64,000 nt of DNA from an uncultured Bacteroidia bacterium (lineage in GTDB: Bacteria; Bacteroidota; Bacteroidia; Bacteroidales; F082). The notes under the pieces are model-generated. The model had not been told where the DNA came from and made no database searches. It saw only the letters and a list, made by a program, of their open reading frames with translations. The DNA lies in NCBI GenBank assembly GCA_902794155.1, contig CADBGN010000007.1:19182-83181 (forward strand), in the 5' to 3' direction. Both the position numbers and the translations under genes were made by a program. The stretch's first letter is position 1, and each line of letters begins with the position of its first letter. Shown in pieces: positions 41,717 to 51,159 of the stretch.

Positions 41717-44362
41717 ATGCGATTGAGATATATACCTTTAATGCTGTTTCTGTTGGCTCTTTTTGAGTTTGGAAACAGCGCATTTGCCCAAATTCAAATT
41801 GGCGATGACCTCTCTGAGATTGACTATGCCCGTCCGCAGAAATACGAGATTGGTGGCGTGGTCGTCGAAGGTGCCAAGTATGTCGATGGCTCGATGTTGA
41901 GTATGATTGCTGGTTTGAGGGTAGGCGACGAGATCTCTATACCAGGCGACGAAATCTCAAATGGCATCCGCAAGATTTGGGAACAAGGCCTATTTGAAGA
42001 CGTGTCCGTCAATGCCACTGATTTTGTGGGCAACAAGGTCTTCCTTCAAATTGTCATCAAGGAAAAACCGCGTGTTTCAAAGTTCTCGTTCAATGGTATC
42101 AAGAAGAGCGAGGCCGACGACATTCGCAACAAAATCAACCTGTCGCGCGGCGATATCGCTACAGAACACCTGATGACCAAGACAACCCGCATCATAGAGG
42201 ATTTTTTCTACGACAAAGGTTATCTCAACGTGGATATCGACATTGAACAAAAGCCTGATACCGTACGCGAGAACTATATTGACATGGTCATCAATATTGA
42301 TAAGGGCGACAAGGTGAAGATTGGAAAAATCAATGTGATTGGCAATGAGAACCTTGCCGATGGTCAGGTACTCGCTTCGATGAAGGAAACCAAACAACGT
42401 GGCCATTTCGACCCCTTGGACCCCCTTGGTCCGACCATTGTGAATGCTATAGCGGATGTGGTGACACTGCATCCCTTGAGGGCCATCAATGGGGTGGAGG
42501 AATATTTTTACGACAACTACCGCCCGCGAATTTTCAAGGCTTCGAAATATATCGAGAAGAACTACGAGGATGACAAAAAGCTGATTATTGACAAGTACAA
42601 CGCCAAGGGGTATCGTGATGCACGCATCGTTAGCGACTCGGTGTATCGCATTGACGACAAAAACTTGGGTATCGACCTCGTCATCGATGAAGGTAACAAA
42701 TACCACTACCGTAACATCACTTGGACGGGCAACACCAAGTACACCGACGAAACCCTCAATTCCATCTTGGGCATAAAGAAAGGCGACGTATATAATAAGG
42801 AGTTGCTCGACAAGAACCTGAACTATAGCGAGACCAATCTTGATATCAGTTCGTTGTATATGGACGACGGATACCTCTTCTTCCGTGTGGATCCCGTGGA
42901 AGTGGCCATTGAGAATGATTCAATCGACCTCGAAATTCGGCTCACCGAAGGCAAGCAGGCCCGCATCAGCAATATCACGTTGTCGGGCAATACCAAAACA
43001 TACGACCATGTAGTGCTGCGTGAGCTTTACACCCGTCCAGGACAGCTCTTCAGTCGTAGCGACGTGATGCGTTCCGTGCGTGAGTTGGCCACCCTCGGTT
43101 TCTTCAACCAGGAGTCCATTAATCCCGACGTGCAGCCCAATCCTGCTGACAACACCGTTGACATCGACTATTCAGTTGAGGAAGCCGCTGCCGACCAGAT
43201 CCGTTTCTCCGCTGGTTTCGCTGCTAGGATGCTGATGCTGGAGGCTGGATTGCAGTTCTCCAACTTCTCGATGCGTAACATCTTCAACAAGAAAGCTTGG
43301 CGACCTTTGCCGATGGGCGATGGACAAAAGCTTTCTTTGAGCGTAAGTACCTTGGGCAGCCGTTACATTACTTATAACATTTCATTTACCGAGCCTTGGT
43401 TGGGCGGCCGCAAACCTAACTCTCTGACGGCTTCGTTCTACCAAGCTTTTTATTCTAACAACTATGAGAAGACAGATAATAGATATGGTTGGTTCAACAT
43501 GACGGGTGGTACCATTGGCTTGGGTCGTCGCTTGACCTGGCCTGATGATTATTTCTCTTTATATCAAGGACTTAACTATAAACGTTACAAGCTGAACAAC
43601 TATTCAAATACCTTCCTTTCCGTGGGTGATGGCAATGGTAAGTTCAACCTTGTTAGTTACAGTTTTGTGCTGTCGCGCAACTCGGTGAGCCAGCCCCTTT
43701 ATCCGCGTAACGGCTCCGAGTTCCAACTTGGACTTGAGATCACACCGCCCTATTCGCTGCTGAGCAATAAGGATTACAGCAACCTCTCTGAAAACGAAAA
43801 GTACAAGTGGATAGAGATGCACCGTTGGACCTTCAAGGCGGCTTGGTACACCGAGCTCTATGAAAAACTCGTGATGATGACCCGCGTGCGCTTTGGCTAT
43901 CTGGGTTATTATAACGACCAGATTGGTCCCACGCCCTTCCACCGCTACTTCCTTGGCGGCGATGGTTTGAGTAACTATTCGTTTGACAGCCGCGAGCTCG
44001 TTGGTATGCGTGGCTATGCCAACAACTCGCTTACACCTGGCTTCTACAACAATTCTGGCACGGGCGGCAGTGGTGGTAATATCATGACGAAATACACCTT
44101 AGAGTTGCGTTACCCGCTCTCGTTGAATCCTCAGGCCACTATCTATGCCTTGACCTTCCTTGAGGCGGGTAACTGCTGGCTTGGCTTCAATAACTTTGAT
44201 CCGTTTGAAGTGAAGCGTTCGGCTGGTGTTGGTGTGCGCATCTTCTTGCCTATGTTCGGTTTGCTCGGCCTCGACTGGGGCTACGGCTTCGATGACGTCT
44301 ATGGCACCACGGGTAATAACCATAGCCAGTTCCACTTCTCTATCGGAGGCTCTATTGATTAA
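41717..44362 (+). CDS. bamA: outer membrane protein assembly factor BamA
   Basis: Signal peptide, POTRA-repeat region and a C-terminal Omp85 barrel. ATG at 41717; the track start at 41705 is TTG. Confidence 0.93.
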   Translation: MRLRYIPLMLFLLALFEFGNSAFAQIQIGDDLSEIDYARPQKYEIGGVVVEGAKYVDGSMLSMIAGLRVGDEISIPGDEISNGIRKIWEQGLFEDVSVNATDFVGNKVFLQIVIKEKPRVSKFSFNGIKKSEADDIRNKINLSRGDIATEHLMTKTTRIIEDFFYDKGYLNVDIDIEQKPDTVRENYIDMVINIDKGDKVKIGKINVIGNENLADGQVLASMKETKQRGHFDPLDPLGPTIVNAIADVVTLHPLRAINGVEEYFYDNYRPRIFKASKYIEKNYEDDKKLIIDKYNAKGYRDARIVSDSVYRIDDKNLGIDLVIDEGNKYHYRNITWTGNTKYTDETLNSILGIKKGDVYNKELLDKNLNYSETNLDISSLYMDDGYLFFRVDPVEVAIENDSIDLEIRLTEGKQARISNITLSGNTKTYDHVVLRELYTRPGQLFSRSDVMRSVRELATLGFFNQESINPDVQPNPADNTVDIDYSVEEAAADQIRFSAGFAARMLMLEAGLQFSNFSMRNIFNKKAWRPLPMGDGQKLSLSVSTLGSRYITYNISFTEPWLGGRKPNSLTASFYQAFYSNNYEKTDNRYGWFNMTGGTIGLGRRLTWPDDYFSLYQGLNYKRYKLNNYSNTFLSVGDGNGKFNLVSYSFVLSRNSVSQPLYPRNGSEFQLGLEITPPYSLLSNKDYSNLSENEKYKWIEMHRWTFKAAWYTELYEKLVMMTRVRFGYLGYYNDQIGPTPFHRYFLGGDGLSNYSFDSRELVGMRGYANNSLTPGFYNNSGTGGSGGNIMTKYTLELRYPLSLNPQATIYALTFLEAGNCWLGFNNFDPFEVKRSAGVGVRIFLPMFGLLGLDWGYGFDDVYGTTGNNHSQFHFSIGGSID

Positions 44363-44472
44363 TGCTGAATGTTGAATGTGGAATAGGTCTTGAGTCTCAT
44401 TGTCCCGAGTCAAAAAAATGGAACGATTATTGATAAAACCAACAAGAAAAACAATTAGAAACACTATAAAAA

Positions 44473-45159
44473 ATGAAAGCATTTAAAACCTTGATCTTGA
44501 CCGCTGCCTTGGTATGTGGCGGCATCATGATTGCCAATGCACAGCTTGGCGGTGGACAGAAAATCGTCTATGTCGATTCGGAATATATCATGGAAAACAT
44601 TCCGGAATATGGCGACGCACAAGAAGAACTGAACGCTTTGTCGGAGAAATGGCAGAAAGAAGTGAAGGCTGTTTACGACAAGGTGTCGGAGATGTACAGC
44701 AAGTACCAGACGGAGATGCTGCTTCTTTCGGAAGACCAAAAGCGTGCCCGTGAGCAAGCCATCGTTGACAAAGAGCAGGAAGCCAAGAACCTTCAGATGC
44801 AGTATTTTGGTGCTGAAGGTCAACTCTATCAGAAACGCACTGAACTCATACAGCCTATTCAGGAGAAAGTCTATACGGCCATGAAGGAAGTGGCCCAGAC
44901 CAAAAACTACGCTTTTATCCTAGACCTCGCTTCGGGAACTTCGGTGCTCTATGCCAGCGACAAAAATGATGTAAGCGACGATGTGCTTGACCAGCTCGGC
45001 AATGTCATGCAAACTGTGCGCCGTGAGAACCGCCGTAAAGCCAGTGCGGCCCCTGTAGCAGGCACTAAGGGCACTACTGTCAAGAGTGGCACCACAAGCG
45101 GAAACAAAAACACTACCTCGGGTAGTAACAAAACGGTACCTGTTAAAACCAAGAAATAA
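44473..45159 (+). CDS. OmpH/Skp-family periplasmic chaperone
   Basis: Signal peptide and coiled-coil OmpH pattern. Holds the position downstream of bamA. Confidence 0.88.
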   Translation: MKAFKTLILTAALVCGGIMIANAQLGGGQKIVYVDSEYIMENIPEYGDAQEELNALSEKWQKEVKAVYDKVSEMYSKYQTEMLLLSEDQKRAREQAIVDKEQEAKNLQMQYFGAEGQLYQKRTELIQPIQEKVYTAMKEVAQTKNYAFILDLASGTSVLYASDKNDVSDDVLDQLGNVMQTVRRENRRKASAAPVAGTKGTTVKSGTTSGNKNTTSGSNKTVPVKTKK

Positions 45160-45192
45160 TGAATTAATCAAAGAGGGGACGCAAATAATTTG

Positions 45193-45200
45193 TATCTTTG
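45193..45200 (+). promoter_or_regulatory. putative -7 promoter box (tatctttg)
   Basis: TAnnTTTG upstream of the ATG at 45250. Confidence 0.4.
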
Positions 45201-45249
45201 CGGCTCGTTAGCGAATCAAAAATTGGATAAATTATTAAAAGTCAATAAA

Positions 45250-45768
45250 ATGAAAAGAGTATTCAGAGTTTTGTTTCTGGGTGTGGCACTCTTCATGATG
45301 AGTGGAGTGGTCAATGCCCAAGTGAAGATTGCACATGTCAACACGGCTGAGATCCTCGATGCCATGCCTGACAAGGCCAAGGCAGAAAAGAGCTTGGAGA
45401 AGTACTATGGTGAGCTGCAAAGCCAGCTTGAGACTATGGCCAAGGAATATCAGACCAAGATGCAGGATTACGAAGCCAACCAGGCTACCATGTCGAATCT
45501 GGTGAAACAGTCGAAAGAAAAGGAGATTGTCGACCTCCAGACCCGTATCCAACAGTTCCAAGTCAACGCCGAGAATGAGTTTGAAGGCAAGCGCGCCGAG
45601 CTGCTGAAGCCTATTCTCGACAAGATACAGAATGCCATCAATACGGTGGGGAAGGAAAAGGGCTACACTTACGTCCTTGACCTGGCCACTGGTGCAGCCG
45701 TCTATGTTGGCGACAACGCAGTTGATTGCACTAAAGATGTGAAAGCCAAGTTGGGTATCACCAAATAA
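45250..45768 (+). CDS. OmpH/Skp-family periplasmic chaperone (second copy)
   Basis: Signal peptide MKRVFRVLFLGVALFMMSGVVNA and OmpH-like coiled coil. Confidence 0.88.
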   Translation: MKRVFRVLFLGVALFMMSGVVNAQVKIAHVNTAEILDAMPDKAKAEKSLEKYYGELQSQLETMAKEYQTKMQDYEANQATMSNLVKQSKEKEIVDLQTRIQQFQVNAENEFEGKRAELLKPILDKIQNAINTVGKEKGYTYVLDLATGAAVYVGDNAVDCTKDVKAKLGITK

Positions 45769-45794
45769 GGATTATTGAAATCCTAATCAACAAG

Positions 45795-45830
45795 AAACAG
45801 CCGACTCAGTTGAGCCGGCTGTTTTGTTAT
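45795..45830. terminator. intrinsic terminator between convergent genes
   Basis: 9-bp stem aaacagccg/cggctgttt followed by a T-rich tail. Confidence 0.65.
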
Positions 45831-46894
45831 TTAATGCTCTCGCGCTTGACTTTCGCGAATCGTAGCAGCTTGAGGATGCCCAAAGGCTTGCGGTCGTCTT
45901 TGTTGGCGAGGTTGAGGTAAAGCCCAAGTTTCTTTGCTATGGGAATCTTGTAGGTCTCAACGAACTCGATGAGCGTACCGTCGGGATCTTCCACGTAGGT
46001 AAAGTGGCCGTTGGCGTCGCCCATGCCGAAGTCGGCGCCGCTGTCGCATACGAAAGGATGTCCCATGAGTTCAGCCTCTTCCTTGACGGAAGCCATGTTA
46101 CGCACGTCAAAGCAGAGGTGTATGTAGCCTGGGTCGCCCCAATAGCGGCCTTCATAGAGTTTCTTGCCTGGTGCATCGATATTTTGGATGAGCTCAAGAT
46201 GCGAGGTACCCATGATGCGGCTCAAGGGCCCTTCGATGGGCTTGGAACGCTCCAAGATGACACGGCGCAAAGTACTTTTGCCACCTTCGATGGCTTCGAG
46301 GTCTTCAAAGACGCCAGTCTGGTCGAAGACCACCTTGTCGTATTCCAATAGCTGTGTGTAGAAGGGTAGGGAACGCTCGATGTCGCTCACGCCGATGACG
46401 GCGCCGTTGGCGCCACCCGTGGTCTTCTTCTCGTCGATGAAGACGTAGTCGTCCTGCTCCAGTTGGAAGAGGTTGCCATAGGGGTCTTTCATGAAGAATT
46501 CCTTTTGGCCGGCAGGAGAAGTCATAACGGGACTGATAACGTCGAGACCTTTATTAATAAAGGTGTTGTAGGCCGCTTCGATGTCGGGGGTCTTCACCTT
46601 GGCGATGAGGATGCCCAAGTCGCCTAATTTGACGGGCTCTTTCAGGTAGTTGAGCTCTCGCCCTTTGGGTTGCCAAATCTCGAAGCCGCCGCCGCCGCGG
46701 ATGTTGACGGCGATGCCCGAACGACGCGGTTGGGGCTTGCCACCCGTGTAGGGGAGCATGCGCTCCGCCACGCCTTCGTCGTCGACGATCTTGATCTCGA
46801 AGCCGAAGTTGTCGTAATACCATTTCCAGGCTTCCACGAAGTCGTTGACTCCGATGCCCACTTGCTGTATACCGCAGATGATTTTCTCTTTCAT
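45827..46894 (-). CDS. VOC (glyoxalase/bleomycin-resistance/dioxygenase) family protein, two VOC modules
   Basis: Repeated beta-alpha-beta-beta-beta pattern (QQVGIGVNDF..., HLELIQ...). ATG at 46894; the track start at 46918 is GTG. Confidence 0.8.
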   Translation of the reverse strand: MKEKIICGIQQVGIGVNDFVEAWKWYYDNFGFEIKIVDDEGVAERMLPYTGGKPQPRRSGIAVNIRGGGGFEIWQPKGRELNYLKEPVKLGDLGILIAKVKTPDIEAAYNTFINKGLDVISPVMTSPAGQKEFFMKDPYGNLFQLEQDDYVFIDEKKTTGGANGAVIGVSDIERSLPFYTQLLEYDKVVFDQTGVFEDLEAIEGGKSTLRRVILERSKPIEGPLSRIMGTSHLELIQNIDAPGKKLYEGRYWGDPGYIHLCFDVRNMASVKEEAELMGHPFVCDSGADFGMGDANGHFTYVEDPDGTLIEFVETYKIPIAKKLGLYLNLANKDDRKPLGILKLLRFAKVKRESIK

Positions 46895-46910
46895 GGTTGT
46901 TCGTTTTTTT

Positions 46911-47000
46911 TTGGCCACTGGCTGCTGGCTACTGGCCGTTGGCAGTTACCCTGTCTGTAGGGAAGGTCAGCCAGATGCCAAAAGCCAGATGCCAGAAGCC
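46911..47000. repeat. imperfect hairpin with periodic tggc-type arms
   Basis: ggccactggctgctggctactggccgttggcag ... agccagatgccaaaagccagatgccagaagcc, with a central small hairpin ccct/aggg. Confidence 0.6.
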
Positions 47001-47792
47001 TTATGTCGCAGATATTTTCCTAGATAGTTTATAATACAAAGGTAAGCAATATTTATGAATATACGCCATCAGCAATTCTGTCCGTCCGATGAGCTTGCGG
47101 TGTTTCTGTCGTTTGATGGCGCGCACGGCAATTTGGCCGGTTTTCTCCACGCTGAGGCCGTTGGCCTGCCCTGCGTCCATCTTGGCATGGGCGGTGCCAT
47201 CGCCATGAAGGGCACTCTTGCTGATTTGCGTGTTGATGCGTCCTGGGATGAGGAAGGTGACGTTGATGTTGTCGTATTCGAGTTCCAGTGATTCGTAAAA
47301 GCCAAACAGGGCATGCTTCGCGGCGCAATAGGCCGAGCGCAGCGGGAAGCCGAACAAACCCGATAGGGAAGTGGTCACACTGAACTGCACGTGCTCTTTG
47401 GCGAGAATCATCTCCTTGAACTTCTTCACGAGATAGACCCCACTGAGAAAATCGATTTTCAGGATTTTTTCGTCCACGCTGATGTCAGTGTCCAAGGCCT
47501 TCTCACGCTGCGAAATGCCCGCGTTCAGCACGAAGAGATCGATGCTGAGGCCTTGTTCCATGACATAGTCGTAAAGCCGATCAATGGAGGCGTAATCGTC
47601 GAGTTGGGTCTCGGTGGCGTAGGCTTTCACACCGTATTGCTCGCACATCTCTTTGGTCTTGTTGAGGTCGTCGATGCCCAGTCCTGTGAGGACGAGGTGA
47701 CAGCCTTCTTGCGCCAGATGCAGGGCGATGCTTTGCCCGATGCCTGTGCCGCCTCCGGTGATGAGGGCGGTTTTGTTTTTGAGTTGTAACAT
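47001..47792 (-). CDS. SDR-family oxidoreductase
   Basis: TGGGTGIG cofactor motif and YCAAK catalytic motif. Confidence 0.9.
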   Translation of the reverse strand: MLQLKNKTALITGGGTGIGQSIALHLAQEGCHLVLTGLGIDDLNKTKEMCEQYGVKAYATETQLDDYASIDRLYDYVMEQGLSIDLFVLNAGISQREKALDTDISVDEKILKIDFLSGVYLVKKFKEMILAKEHVQFSVTTSLSGLFGFPLRSAYCAAKHALFGFYESLELEYDNINVTFLIPGRINTQISKSALHGDGTAHAKMDAGQANGLSVEKTGQIAVRAIKRQKHRKLIGRTELLMAYIHKYCLPLYYKLSRKISAT

Positions 47793-47810
47793 AACAATAA
47801 TGCTCTTCAG

Positions 47811-47931
47811 TTTCCCTTCGGGAATGGAGTCTGTTGTTGTTTTCCTGCGGCGGCCTGTGGCGTTTTCGATTAGGCAACTGACTCTAGCCGCCGCTTGTTA
47901 AATATTGCCCCCTTTCCATTCCCGAAGGGAA
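47811..47931 (-). promoter_or_regulatory. structured 5' leader candidate of the SDR gene
   Basis: tttcccttcgggaatggag (47811-47829) is the inverted partner of ccattcccgaagggaa (47916-47931). An inner gcggcggc/gccgccgc pair lies at 47847-47854 and 47887-47894. The element sits between a -7 box and the start codon. Confidence 0.35.
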
Positions 47932-47948
47932 TCTCCTTTTCTGCGCTG

Positions 47949-47956
47949 CAAAGATA
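47949..47956 (-). promoter_or_regulatory. putative -7 promoter box (tatctttg, followed by cagcg) for the SDR gene
   Basis: TAnnTTTG on the minus strand, ~155 nt upstream of the ATG at 47792. Confidence 0.4.
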
Positions 47957-47996
47957 AAAAATAATTCCTTCATGTTGGGATAATCAATATATTTAC

Positions 47997-48004
47997 TAAT
48001 TTTG
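47997..48004 (+). promoter_or_regulatory. putative -7 promoter box (taattttg) for the SPT-like gene
   Basis: TAnnTTTG ~80 nt upstream of the ATG at 48085. Confidence 0.4.
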
Positions 48005-48010
48005 TGGCTC

Positions 48011-48046
48011 GTTGTGTGAGACGCAAAGCATTGCGTCTCTACAACG
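48011..48046. repeat. GAGACG-family hairpin in the SPT-like gene leader
   Basis: 9-bp stem gagacgcaa/ttgcgtctc with partially pairing flanks gttgt.../...acaac. Confidence 0.6.
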
Positions 48047-48084
48047 TTTCAACAATTAAACAATTAACAATTAAACATATCTCA

Positions 48085-49344
48085 ATGGACATTTTCGAAA
48101 GAATATCAAAGGATTCCGGTGGCCCGATTGGGCAATACCGCGAACGCGCCGATGGTTATTTCGCATTTCCGCGTTTGGAAGGCGAACTGGGACCTCGCAT
48201 GACCTTCAACGGCAGAGAGGTGCTCTGCTGGAGTTTGAACAACTATTTGGGTTTGGCTAATCACCCTGAAATTCGTCGCGTGGATGCCGAAGCCGCCGCG
48301 AAATACGGCCTTGCTGCCCCCATGGGCGCCCGTATGATGACTGGCCACACCCGCATGCACGAGCATTTCGAGCATGAATTGGCCGATTTCGAGAAGAAGG
48401 AAGCCGCCTACCTGTTTAATTTTGGTTATCAAGGCATTGTGTCGACCATCGACACCTTGACCAGCCCGCACGATGTTATCGTTTACGACAACGAGGCCCA
48501 TGCTTGCCTACTTGACGGTATCCGTTTGCACATTGGCAACAAGTACAAGTACCGCCACAACAATATGGAAGACCTCGAGAAGAAGTTGAAGGTTGCCACT
48601 GAGGTGGTGGCCAAGACGGGCGGTGGCATCCTCGTGATTACCGAGGGTGTGTATGGCATGACGGGCGCTTTGGGCGACCTCGCCGGCATCGTGGCCTTGA
48701 AGAAGAAATACAGTTTCCGCATTCTCATTGATGACGCCCACGGTTTCGGCGTGATGGGCCCAACAGGTCGCGGTACGTCAGAACACTTTAATGTGATGGA
48801 TGACATCGACATTTACATCGGTGCCTATGCCAAGGCCATGGCTATCATTGGCGGCTTCGTGGCTGGACCGAAGTATGTGATTGAGTATCTGCGTTATAAC
48901 ATGCGTTCACAGATGTATGCCAAGAGTTTGCCGTTGGCCATCGTGGAAGGCTGCGAGAAGCGTCTCGAAATCATCCGCAGCGCCGAGGGTGACGCTTTGC
49001 GTGCCCAACTGTGGAAGGTGACCCGCGCCTTGCAGAAGGGCTTCCGCGACCTGGGCTTCGACATCGGTCCGGCAGAGGCTTGCGTGACGCCGGTGCATGT
49101 GCAAGGTGACGTGGTGCAGGCCACCAATATCGCGATGGACCTGCGCGAGAACTACAAGATCTTCTGCTCGGTCATCACCTATCCCGTCATTCCCAAGGGC
49201 ATGATTATCTTCCGCATCATCCCGACGGCTGCGCACACCATGGATGACGTCAACTACACGTTGAACGCATTCGCTGAGGTGCGCCAGAAGCTCGACAAGG
49301 GCTATTATGACGGCACGGAAGTCCCGAATATGAGGATTGAGTAA
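48085..49344 (+). CDS. alpha-oxoamine synthase family PLP enzyme (serine palmitoyltransferase / 8-amino-7-oxononanoate synthase-like)
   Basis: Class-II aminotransferase fold pattern. Sequence type typical of Bacteroidota SPT. ATG at 48085. Confidence 0.85.
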   Translation: MDIFERISKDSGGPIGQYRERADGYFAFPRLEGELGPRMTFNGREVLCWSLNNYLGLANHPEIRRVDAEAAAKYGLAAPMGARMMTGHTRMHEHFEHELADFEKKEAAYLFNFGYQGIVSTIDTLTSPHDVIVYDNEAHACLLDGIRLHIGNKYKYRHNNMEDLEKKLKVATEVVAKTGGGILVITEGVYGMTGALGDLAGIVALKKKYSFRILIDDAHGFGVMGPTGRGTSEHFNVMDDIDIYIGAYAKAMAIIGGFVAGPKYVIEYLRYNMRSQMYAKSLPLAIVEGCEKRLEIIRSAEGDALRAQLWKVTRALQKGFRDLGFDIGPAEACVTPVHVQGDVVQATNIAMDLRENYKIFCSVITYPVIPKGMIIFRIIPTAAHTMDDVNYTLNAFAEVRQKLDKGYYDGTEVPNMRIE

Positions 49345-49366
49345 AGGGTTTGGAATGTACTCAAAT

Positions 49367-49399
49367 AAAGGAGCGACATTTGTCGCTCCTTTATTTTTG
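49367..49399 (+). terminator. intrinsic terminator after the SPT-like gene
   Basis: 11-bp stem aaaggagcgac/gtcgctccttt followed by atttttg. Confidence 0.8.
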
Positions 49400-49419
49400 C
49401 ACATTTCAAGTATTATCTA

Positions 49420-49427
49420 TATTTTTG
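49420..49427 (+). promoter_or_regulatory. putative -7 promoter box (tatttttg) for the MarR gene
   Basis: TAnnTTTG ~40 nt upstream of the ATG at 49467. Confidence 0.4.
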
Positions 49428-49466
49428 CACTTTCATAAAGCAAGATAATCCCAAAAATATGATAAT

Positions 49467-49913
49467 ATGATACTCGTGAAACAAGTTGGCGTCTACGTCA
49501 ACATCCTGAATTGCAGACTTAAAAAGTACCTTGCCGAGGTATTCAAGAAGAACAACGTGAACTTGACGGGTGAGCAATACCTCGTCATGGATGCTTTGTG
49601 GAATGAGGGCACGCTTACCCAGCAGGCCATTGCCTTCATCATCCAGAAGGACAAGAACTCGGTCACCCAGTTTATCGACAACCTCGAGAAGAAGGGCCTT
49701 GTCACTCGCTCAGTGTCGAAGGATGATCGCCGTGTGAACAACATCGTCGTGACGAAGGAAGGCATGGCGTTGAAGGATTCCACCAAGCAACTGGCCATCG
49801 ATACGATGAACAAAGCCATCGATGGCATCTCTGAGGACGACCTGAACACTTTTGTTAGTGTGTTGAAAAAGGTATGTGGCAACATCAGTGACTTTGGCAC
49901 TAAAATTGGATAA
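49467..49913 (+). CDS. MarR-family transcriptional regulator
   Basis: Winged-helix region LTGEQYLVMDALWNEGTLTQQAIA...LEKKGLVTRSVSKDDRR. Confidence 0.88.
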   Translation: MILVKQVGVYVNILNCRLKKYLAEVFKKNNVNLTGEQYLVMDALWNEGTLTQQAIAFIIQKDKNSVTQFIDNLEKKGLVTRSVSKDDRRVNNIVVTKEGMALKDSTKQLAIDTMNKAIDGISEDDLNTFVSVLKKVCGNISDFGTKIG

Positions 49914-49941
49914 TATTTCTTTTGGCAATCCGTTGAATAAC

Positions 49942-49949
49942 TATCTTTG
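49942..49949 (+). promoter_or_regulatory. putative -7 promoter box (tatctttg)
   Basis: TAnnTTTG 16 nt upstream of the ATG at 49966. Confidence 0.45.
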
Positions 49950-49965
49950 CAAACTTTAATTTTAA

Positions 49966-50685
49966 ATGAATATGAAGAAAACCATCCATTTATTATTGAC
50001 TCTTATGGTGATGGCATTTTTGCTGCCTTCATGCAACAAAGGTCCAGGCGAAGGAGGTACGGGTACAGTGCAAGGCTTCGTGAAGTTGGTGCATCATCCC
50101 GATGACGACTACACTTTGACTCCCGATACCATGGTGGCAGCCAAGACGGACGTCTTCATTATCTATGGCGACGAAGACTTTTTTGGCGACGATGTGGAGA
50201 CCAACGCCGAAGGCATGTATCAGTTTGAGTATCTGCGTCCTGGCGAGTATACCGTGTTCGCCTACAGCACTTTGCCTTCGGGCGAGAAGGTGGCAGTGAG
50301 CGTAAAGGTCGAACTGCAACGTGGTGCAGTGGCAAAGGTACCTACGCTTTACATCCACGATGGCAAGGCATACGGCACTTCGGTGGTGAAAGGCCGCGTG
50401 CATGCCACCTACTATCACAACGGCAGTTATCGCGGCGAAGGCTGGGCTTGCGAACATCGTGTCTATATCCGCCGTATGGGTGAGGACATCCCTTTCGACG
50501 ACACTCGCGTGGGTCCCGACGGCTATTTCGCTTTTCAGAAACTGCAACCTGGCACATATGAGGTCTATACCGTTACCCAGGACTTCAATGAGGTGCCTGA
50601 CTTCGTCTTCCAAAGCATCGAGGTGGAGGAGGCAGAACAGATTTACGAGATCCCTGAACAGTATGAAATAATTATCAATGTGTAA
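49966..50685 (+). CDS. lipoprotein with carboxypeptidase-regulatory-like beta-sandwich repeats
   Basis: Lipobox LLPSC. LRPGEYTVFAY and LQPGTYEVYTV motifs. Confidence 0.65.
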   Translation: MNMKKTIHLLLTLMVMAFLLPSCNKGPGEGGTGTVQGFVKLVHHPDDDYTLTPDTMVAAKTDVFIIYGDEDFFGDDVETNAEGMYQFEYLRPGEYTVFAYSTLPSGEKVAVSVKVELQRGAVAKVPTLYIHDGKAYGTSVVKGRVHATYYHNGSYRGEGWACEHRVYIRRMGEDIPFDDTRVGPDGYFAFQKLQPGTYEVYTVTQDFNEVPDFVFQSIEVEEAEQIYEIPEQYEIIINV

Positions 50686-50695
50686 GACTATAAAT

Positions 50696-51124
50696 ATGAA
50701 AAAGTTATTGGTTTTAGTTGCGTTTGTGACGCTCAGTGTCAGCTGCTTCGCACAGTCGGTCTCAGAGAGCACGATCCAGAAGCGTGAGAACCGCAAGGGC
50801 ATGGTGCTGAAGGAATGGAACACGGCGGCAGGCGACAAGCGCGCCTTCCTTGACCGTGTGACGACCTACGACGAATTGGGCCGTAAGGTTGAGGAGATTG
50901 AATATGCCAGCTACGGACAGAAGTGGCGCATCGTGTTCGAGTATCCCAAAGACAGCGACATCACGGCTAAGGTGGTGCGCGAGATTGAGTACAACGACCG
51001 CGACAAGGTGTCGAGAATCAAGAAGTACGAGTACAACGAAGACGGCTCCAAGAAATGCCAAAAGAACTATTATCCGAATGGCAAGCTGGAGTCGGTGAAG
51101 ACCTACGAGTACGTCCCGAAATAA
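50696..51124 (+). CDS. small secreted protein, function unknown
   Basis: Signal peptide MKKLLVLVAFVTLSVSCFA. Confidence 0.6.
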   Translation: MKKLLVLVAFVTLSVSCFAQSVSESTIQKRENRKGMVLKEWNTAAGDKRAFLDRVTTYDELGRKVEEIEYASYGQKWRIVFEYPKDSDITAKVVREIEYNDRDKVSRIKKYEYNEDGSKKCQKNYYPNGKLESVKTYEYVPK

Positions 51125-51159
51125 GACCTGTGGAGGAGATTCTCGACATAGTGCAAGGC

